64,000 nt of DNA from sequence record PV662128.1; one strand, 5' to 3'. The notes beneath the pieces were generated by a model. The model had not been told where the DNA came from, did not search any database, and saw only the letters and a program-made list of their open reading frames with translations. Positions 59,666 through 64,000 of this stretch are shown piece by piece. Position 1 is the stretch's first letter; each line of letters starts with the position of its first letter. A program made the translations under genes and the position numbers.

Positions 59666-60109
59666 GTGAGCAAACTTAACAAAACTTATGCTGAATCCCA
59701 AACTGCCGCTATTGCCAATCTGACCGAACACGCGAGCTACGACAAAGCAACGGCACACACTACCTTTTCAGCAGAAAAGTTTTCTTTGCCTGAAGGGGTA
59801 ACTCCTGAAAGTATTAAGACGCACAAAGATCTCTTCATTGACATCACCGGTGCAATTGAAGAAGCTACCGCGCAACAAACGCTGGCTGCTCATAAAGCCG
59901 ATGAAAAAATTCTCACCACCACGGGTTCTCTGGAACTGGGCGGGGTTGTCTTTACCTCTCAACACCACCTGAAACAAAAAGTAGGGGAACACGAACTGTT
60001 CGGCGGGAGTGTAACCAGCGTCGATTACATCTATTCTCCTGAAGCGACCGAATGGGCGGCAAGCATGCGCGCCAATAACGCGAGTATCGCCGAAGATCTT
60101 TTTAAATAA
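59666..60109 (+). CDS. hypothetical protein
   Basis: Start refined to GTG 59666 after GAGGA. Confidence 0.7.
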   Translation: MSKLNKTYAESQTAAIANLTEHASYDKATAHTTFSAEKFSLPEGVTPESIKTHKDLFIDITGAIEEATAQQTLAAHKADEKILTTTGSLELGGVVFTSQHHLKQKVGEHELFGGSVTSVDYIYSPEATEWAASMRANNASIAEDLFK

Positions 60110-60116
60110 GGCATTC

Positions 60117-60143
60117 TTACTCCTGCCCTTAGGGCAGGAGTAA
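60117..60143. terminator. intergenic stem-loop (CTCCT family)
   Basis: TTACTCCTGCCC-TTA-GGGCAGGAGTAA. Confidence 0.75.
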
Positions 60144-60179
60144 ACAAGACGTTTTTATTTTTTAGGGGAAGAGAGTCGA

Positions 60180-60458
60180 ATGGCTTCTAAGTCAACCACA
60201 AGAATCTACGAACTCGCAGATGGTGGAGTTAGGATTGGATTTGTGAGAAGTGAAAAATCGATAAAGGTGAAAGTGGAGCAGTTTGATCGAGAGCGTAAAC
60301 TCATGAATTTGTATGGGGCAACCATTCATATTTTAGAAAAAGGCGGCGCCATCACCGAACTAAGAAAAGTATTAGGTAAGCAATTTCCGCGTTGGGGGTT
60401 CGATATGAATCCTGAAGCAAAAGAAGACATCGTACTTACTTTTATCAAATTGTTCTAG
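60180..60458 (+). CDS. hypothetical protein
   Basis: 92-aa ORF. Confidence 0.65.
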   Translation: MASKSTTRIYELADGGVRIGFVRSEKSIKVKVEQFDRERKLMNLYGATIHILEKGGAITELRKVLGKQFPRWGFDMNPEAKEDIVLTFIKLF

Positions 60459-60577
60459 TATTTTATGGTAGGGGTGCTTTAGGCACTCCTGCCGGACTCA
60501 TCATGCATTTTAATTCAACACACAAAAAGAATGAGACCTGTACTATTAAAGTAAGAACAATGATAGGAGTTGTTTTC

Positions 60578-61261
60578 ATGGATTCATTAAGCTGGTACGA
60601 AAAATTTAAAGCGGTAACCGGGGATTTGATTCCGGTTGATCTTTTACGGCACTGCTTATGGTCGATCACCTTTAATGATAAAGCGCATGATTTGAATCAC
60701 GTTTATCATGTTTGTAGACAAGGAAACGATCTTGCACTATTACAAGATTACGATGACCACTGGCGAAGCCTAGTATTGGCCGGTTGCCTGCTTCACGACA
60801 TTGGGTGTCGTTACGATCGTAAAACCCATCATCTCATAGCGTATGGGTTGGTCTTCGACTTAACCCATCGTTATTGCACCGGACACTATTCGCCAGAAGA
60901 GACATTGATCATTGCGAAAAGTTGCCTGGAGCACAGAGCAAGCTGGGAAGGTGATTTCAGTCATCCTATTTCAGAAACGGTTGCTCTGGCCGACAGGGGT
61001 ATTCCTGATTTCGAGTTGTATTGTAAAAGAGCTGTTCAGTTCAGGTTAGATAACAACTTGACTGAAGATGTTTTGGTTGAAGAAGTTCGCGTTCACATGT
61101 TAGACAAGTTCCTACCTAAGACTGGTTACGTTTGGAAAAACTATCCCGAATTAGGGTTGTCTTTATATGAACAAGAATGGAAAGTGTTCCACGATAAACT
61201 TAAAGATGAAGTTGTCTTTAGAGAGGCTGTATTAGAAGCGTACCGTAAATTAAAATCTTAA
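60578..61261 (+). CDS. HD-domain metal-dependent phosphohydrolase
   Basis: AHDLNHV..LLHDIG..H..EH..ALAD pattern; start refined to ATG 60578 after AGGAG. Confidence 0.85.
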   Translation: MDSLSWYEKFKAVTGDLIPVDLLRHCLWSITFNDKAHDLNHVYHVCRQGNDLALLQDYDDHWRSLVLAGCLLHDIGCRYDRKTHHLIAYGLVFDLTHRYCTGHYSPEETLIIAKSCLEHRASWEGDFSHPISETVALADRGIPDFELYCKRAVQFRLDNNLTEDVLVEEVRVHMLDKFLPKTGYVWKNYPELGLSLYEQEWKVFHDKLKDEVVFREAVLEAYRKLKS

Positions 61262-61265
61262 TCTA

Positions 61266-61300
61266 TATTGTTAACGTCCTCATAAGGGGCGTTAACAATA
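61266..61300. terminator. intergenic stem-loop
   Basis: TATTGTTAACGTCCT-CATA-AGGGGCGTTAACAATA. Confidence 0.65.
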
Positions 61301-61318
61301 ACCTACAAGGAAATCACT

Positions 61319-61813
61319 ATGATTATTTTATTTGCTGTTTTTGCTATTATCCTTTGTATTGGTTTTTGTTATAAAAAGATCAATATCAAAAACGACATCG
61401 GAATCAAGGTTAATAATGCCACAAAAATGGTTATCGATATTAACCTTGGTAAAATTAAAGGTGAGTTCAAGATAGTTAAACACAGTCGGTGTTTCAAACC
61501 CAGGGTCTCGCCTGGATTAAACGGATTGGTTTACACCGTTCCTGTGTTTTGTACGTTATCCGAATTCATCACTGGTCTATATTCCGAAGAAATAAGGCCT
61601 TACGACAAACAGAAAGATAAACACCTCTTAGACGTCGTCAGAGCCATCGTAGGGGCCGAATTAAAGGACGACGGTATGATTGCCTTATTCGACGACACGA
61701 CCCTTTGTGAGACCGTAGAGAGAGCCAGAGAGTCATTTGTTATGAATAAGGATTATTTCTTCTCCGAGAAGGGATGGAACCGAGGTAATGTTATTGCACC
61801 TATCAACCTTTAA
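61319..61813 (+). CDS. membrane-anchored hypothetical protein
   Basis: N-terminal hydrophobic MIILFAVFAIILCIGFCY. Confidence 0.7.
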   Translation: MIILFAVFAIILCIGFCYKKINIKNDIGIKVNNATKMVIDINLGKIKGEFKIVKHSRCFKPRVSPGLNGLVYTVPVFCTLSEFITGLYSEEIRPYDKQKDKHLLDVVRAIVGAELKDDGMIALFDDTTLCETVERARESFVMNKDYFFSEKGWNRGNVIAPINL

Positions 61814-61827
61814 TTAAGGATTTTAAA

Positions 61828-61968
61828 ATGTCTGACATGTTTGACGTGGATCAACTCAACAACCTGAACCTGGAAGCTGTTGAAGAGAAAGTGGAATCTC
61901 TTCGTGATGGCGGTGGCGAGGTTGTCGAGGCTTCCGATGAATGTGAAGGCGGCGCCTGCAAAATTTAA
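61828..61968 (+). CDS. 46-aa acidic peptide ending in a class Ia RNR alpha-subunit redox tail (not in ORF track)
   Basis: AAGGA RBS; MSDMFDVDQLNNLNLEAVEEKVESLRDGGGEVVEASDECEGGACKI*; high-expression codons; terminator follows. Confidence 0.8.
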   Translation: MSDMFDVDQLNNLNLEAVEEKVESLRDGGGEVVEASDECEGGACKI

Positions 61969-61977
61969 AACGCATAA

Positions 61978-62011
61978 TAACTCCTACTCCCCATATGGGG
62001 AGTAGGAGTTA
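61978..62011. terminator. bidirectional terminator
   Basis: TAACTCCTACTCCCC-ATAT-GGGGAGTAGGAGTTA between convergent genes. Confidence 0.85.
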
Positions 62012-62031
62012 GATATACTTATTTTTTTTTC

Positions 62032-62928
62032 TTACAGCATGTATTCAGGAGCGGTAACTTTAGCCGCTTCACGAGTCATCGCAGCAAGAGTACCAGAATC
62101 GGTGAGACTCTGGAGAATCGCCGTAGGCTGCAGGAATCCAGATTCAGCACCGCGACCAGCTGGGTTATACATCGGGAGTTTGCTCAGGAAAGAACGAGCA
62201 ATCTCTTTAGCGGCCTGGGTATCGAAATCGATAAGGCCGGTGTATTCCATGTTGATATCACGCATCTGACCGGCTTCGTCTTTGTTACGACGCATCTGGA
62301 TTTCAACGGTGTTACGCGGCATGATACCTACTGCAAGAGCAGCGTGGGCAACATCACGCATATTACGCGTCGGTTCCAGATAAATGTTCGCACAGGAGAT
62401 TTGGTCGATCAGGAGATCGCCTGGATCATCGAGGATGACTGCACGAGGATGACCCAGATCCGGATCATTCAAACCATACAGAGACCAGGAGCGATGGAGG
62501 TTAGTATAAACCTCACCTTCGATATCCACGCCAGCATGGTTGATAACACCGAGGGTACGAGTACCGCCCGACGGCACGGAGAATACACGGCCAGAGAAAC
62601 GCTGTTCTGCGAATTCGGTCTCAATACGTTCAGAGAGACCGGTGATTTCACGACTACGCGTTTCAAACCAGGATTTCGCCAGTGAGTGAAGGATGTTACC
62701 TGCCGGCATACGGCTAAACAACGCAGGGGTACTGATACAGAAGCACCAGGTCTGCTGTTGGATATGCGGATGCTCGGAGACCATGTTGGCGATATTGGGA
62801 GCCCAGCCATACTGGCCCCCTTGAGGGCCATTCAGAACGGGACGATCACCTACGCCGAACGCAGAGTACCATTCAGAACTCCCAGGTACCAGCGTGGTTG
62901 TGTTCCTAAACGGAGTGTTGCTTGACAT
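62032..62928 (-). CDS. tail tube protein (phiKZ gp30-like)
   Basis: 298 aa directly downstream of the sheath; GGQYGWAPN..ISTP pattern; strong codon bias. Confidence 0.75.
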   Translation of the reverse strand: MSSNTPFRNTTTLVPGSSEWYSAFGVGDRPVLNGPQGGQYGWAPNIANMVSEHPHIQQQTWCFCISTPALFSRMPAGNILHSLAKSWFETRSREITGLSERIETEFAEQRFSGRVFSVPSGGTRTLGVINHAGVDIEGEVYTNLHRSWSLYGLNDPDLGHPRAVILDDPGDLLIDQISCANIYLEPTRNMRDVAHAALAVGIMPRNTVEIQMRRNKDEAGQMRDINMEYTGLIDFDTQAAKEIARSFLSKLPMYNPAGRGAESGFLQPTAILQSLTDSGTLAAMTREAAKVTAPEYML

Positions 62929-62943
62929 TTAGAGTCACCTTAC

Positions 62944-64000
62944 TTAGGAGTTAGTGGTATCGAGATCTTCTTCGTTATACGCAGCAAGACTCATGTTCAT
63001 CATATACTTACCTTTACGGAACCAGACGTTACCAACGCTGTTCAGGACAGCTCGGCTACCGGCGCCAGTTTCGTTGTAAGTGCAATCAACCCGAAGGTCT
63101 TTGAACATGGTACCCATGCGACGGCGGATAGCCGCTTCAGAAGTATCTTTGACGGTTGACGCATAAGTAGTAGCATCAATGGTCGTATCACCGGATACCA
63201 GTGTCCACGCATCAGCTATAACCTTCTCGATACAAACCGCAGTGAAGTTAGTGATCAGATCCTTCAACACAGCGTCGTTATCGTCATACACTGTTGGAAG
63301 TGCAGGACGGTAATACTGAGACGTGTTGTACGGACGAAGACTGATACCGCCTTCATCGAAGTTATTCGCCGCAGCGTCATCACCTTCGAAGTCCATGGTC
63401 GGAGAATGCATCTGGGTCAGAATGCGGTTATCGCCATGATCCGGAGAATTCACCGAGCTCAGGTTACCAGAGCTGTTACCGCCAAGACGAGCGAAGAAGT
63501 AAGCCAGGTCCAGCGTTTGCGGGAATTCAAGGCCGGTGCTTTCGTCGATGATCTTAGCATCCCACAGGGAGATAGCTGCACGGGACGCCGGAGTGCCGTA
63601 AAGCGAAGATTCCGGATACAGACGAATCTTAGTCGCCAGAGACTGCATCATGGAATAACGCTGGGCGATGGTGTTGTTTTCCAGCCATTCGGAAGCCTGC
63701 AGGATCAGAATCTGATCTTTGCGGGTGTTCCAGAGTTCGATCAACGCGTTCTTAATATCCAGGTTATAACCCACATCCCAGATAACGGATTGACGGTTAC
63801 GTGTCCAATCGTTAACAGTAGATGATTGAGCATAAGCCTGAATATCGGACAGATACAGAGACTGAGCTACGGTCCAAGCGTCTTTGGTGCTCAGCTGGTC
63901 GATGTGACCGTTGTTAGTCGCCGGATCGAAGTTGTAAGTCCCTTCAACCGGAACTGGCGTAGTCCGATCTGCTTTCAGGAACGGAGAGATACCGCCAGCA
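62944..64000 (-). CDS. tail sheath protein (phiKZ gp29-like), 5' part outside the window
   Basis: Frame open from window edge (codons from 63999); RPALPTVYDDNDAVL motif; adjacent to tube gene. Confidence 0.75.
   Translation of the reverse strand, partial: AGGISPFLKADRTTPVPVEGTYNFDPATNNGHIDQLSTKDAWTVAQSLYLSDIQAYAQSSTVNDWTRNRQSVIWDVGYNLDIKNALIELWNTRKDQILILQASEWLENNTIAQRYSMMQSLATKIRLYPESSLYGTPASRAAISLWDAKIIDESTGLEFPQTLDLAYFFARLGGNSSGNLSSVNSPDHGDNRILTQMHSPTMDFEGDDAAANNFDEGGISLRPYNTSQYYRPALPTVYDDNDAVLKDLITNFTAVCIEKVIADAWTLVSGDTTIDATTYASTVKDTSEAAIRRRMGTMFKDLRVDCTYNETGAGSRAVLNSVGNVWFRKGKYMMNMSLAAYNEEDLDTTNS

Noticed and set aside
61319-61968. RNR-tail peptide as the remnant of a frameshifted nrdA
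   Set aside because: The upstream ORF has an N-terminal TM and no RNR motifs; the peptide has its own RBS and start
17473-62011. CTCCTAC palindromes as CRISPR repeats
   Set aside because: Dispersed singly between genes, no repeat-spacer periodicity, no cas genes
1-64000. tRNA or rRNA genes
   Set aside because: No cloverleaf or rRNA-like segment noticed; intergenic gaps are short. A tRNAscan run would be needed to exclude them fully

Overview
64 kb of a phiKZ/EL/OBP-like jumbo myophage genome (Chimalliviridae-type gene content; chimallin itself is not in this window). Positions 1-20.5 kb are an accessory and metabolic block, almost all on the + strand. It holds a BCS1-like AAA+ ATPase with a class 3 LAGLIDADG intein, a nucleotidyltransferase, small membrane proteins, thyA, a LysM protein, an XRE regulator, two putative Ntn/HslV-like proteins beside a GroEL-like chaperonin, a free-standing HNH, tdk and an orphan tnpB with a putative omegaRNA. 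Positions 20.5-64 kb are conserved core genes: SF2 helicase, RNase H-like protein, UvsX, three virion RNA polymerase subunits, a 2268-aa tail protein with a GH19 domain, endolysin, prohead protease, tail tube and a partial tail sheath. Both large virion RNAP genes are split by related group I introns carrying HNH genes, and the splice junctions can be reconstructed in frame. The most notable observations missing from the ORF track are (i) a free-standing 46-aa ORF ending in the class Ia ribonucleotide reductase redox tail (ECEGGACKI) and (ii) an RBS-occluding hairpin with a TATG late-promoter core in its loop upstream of the HNH genes (clear for three, weaker for the fourth). Product calls rest on motif recognition and synteny recalled from memory; no searches were run.
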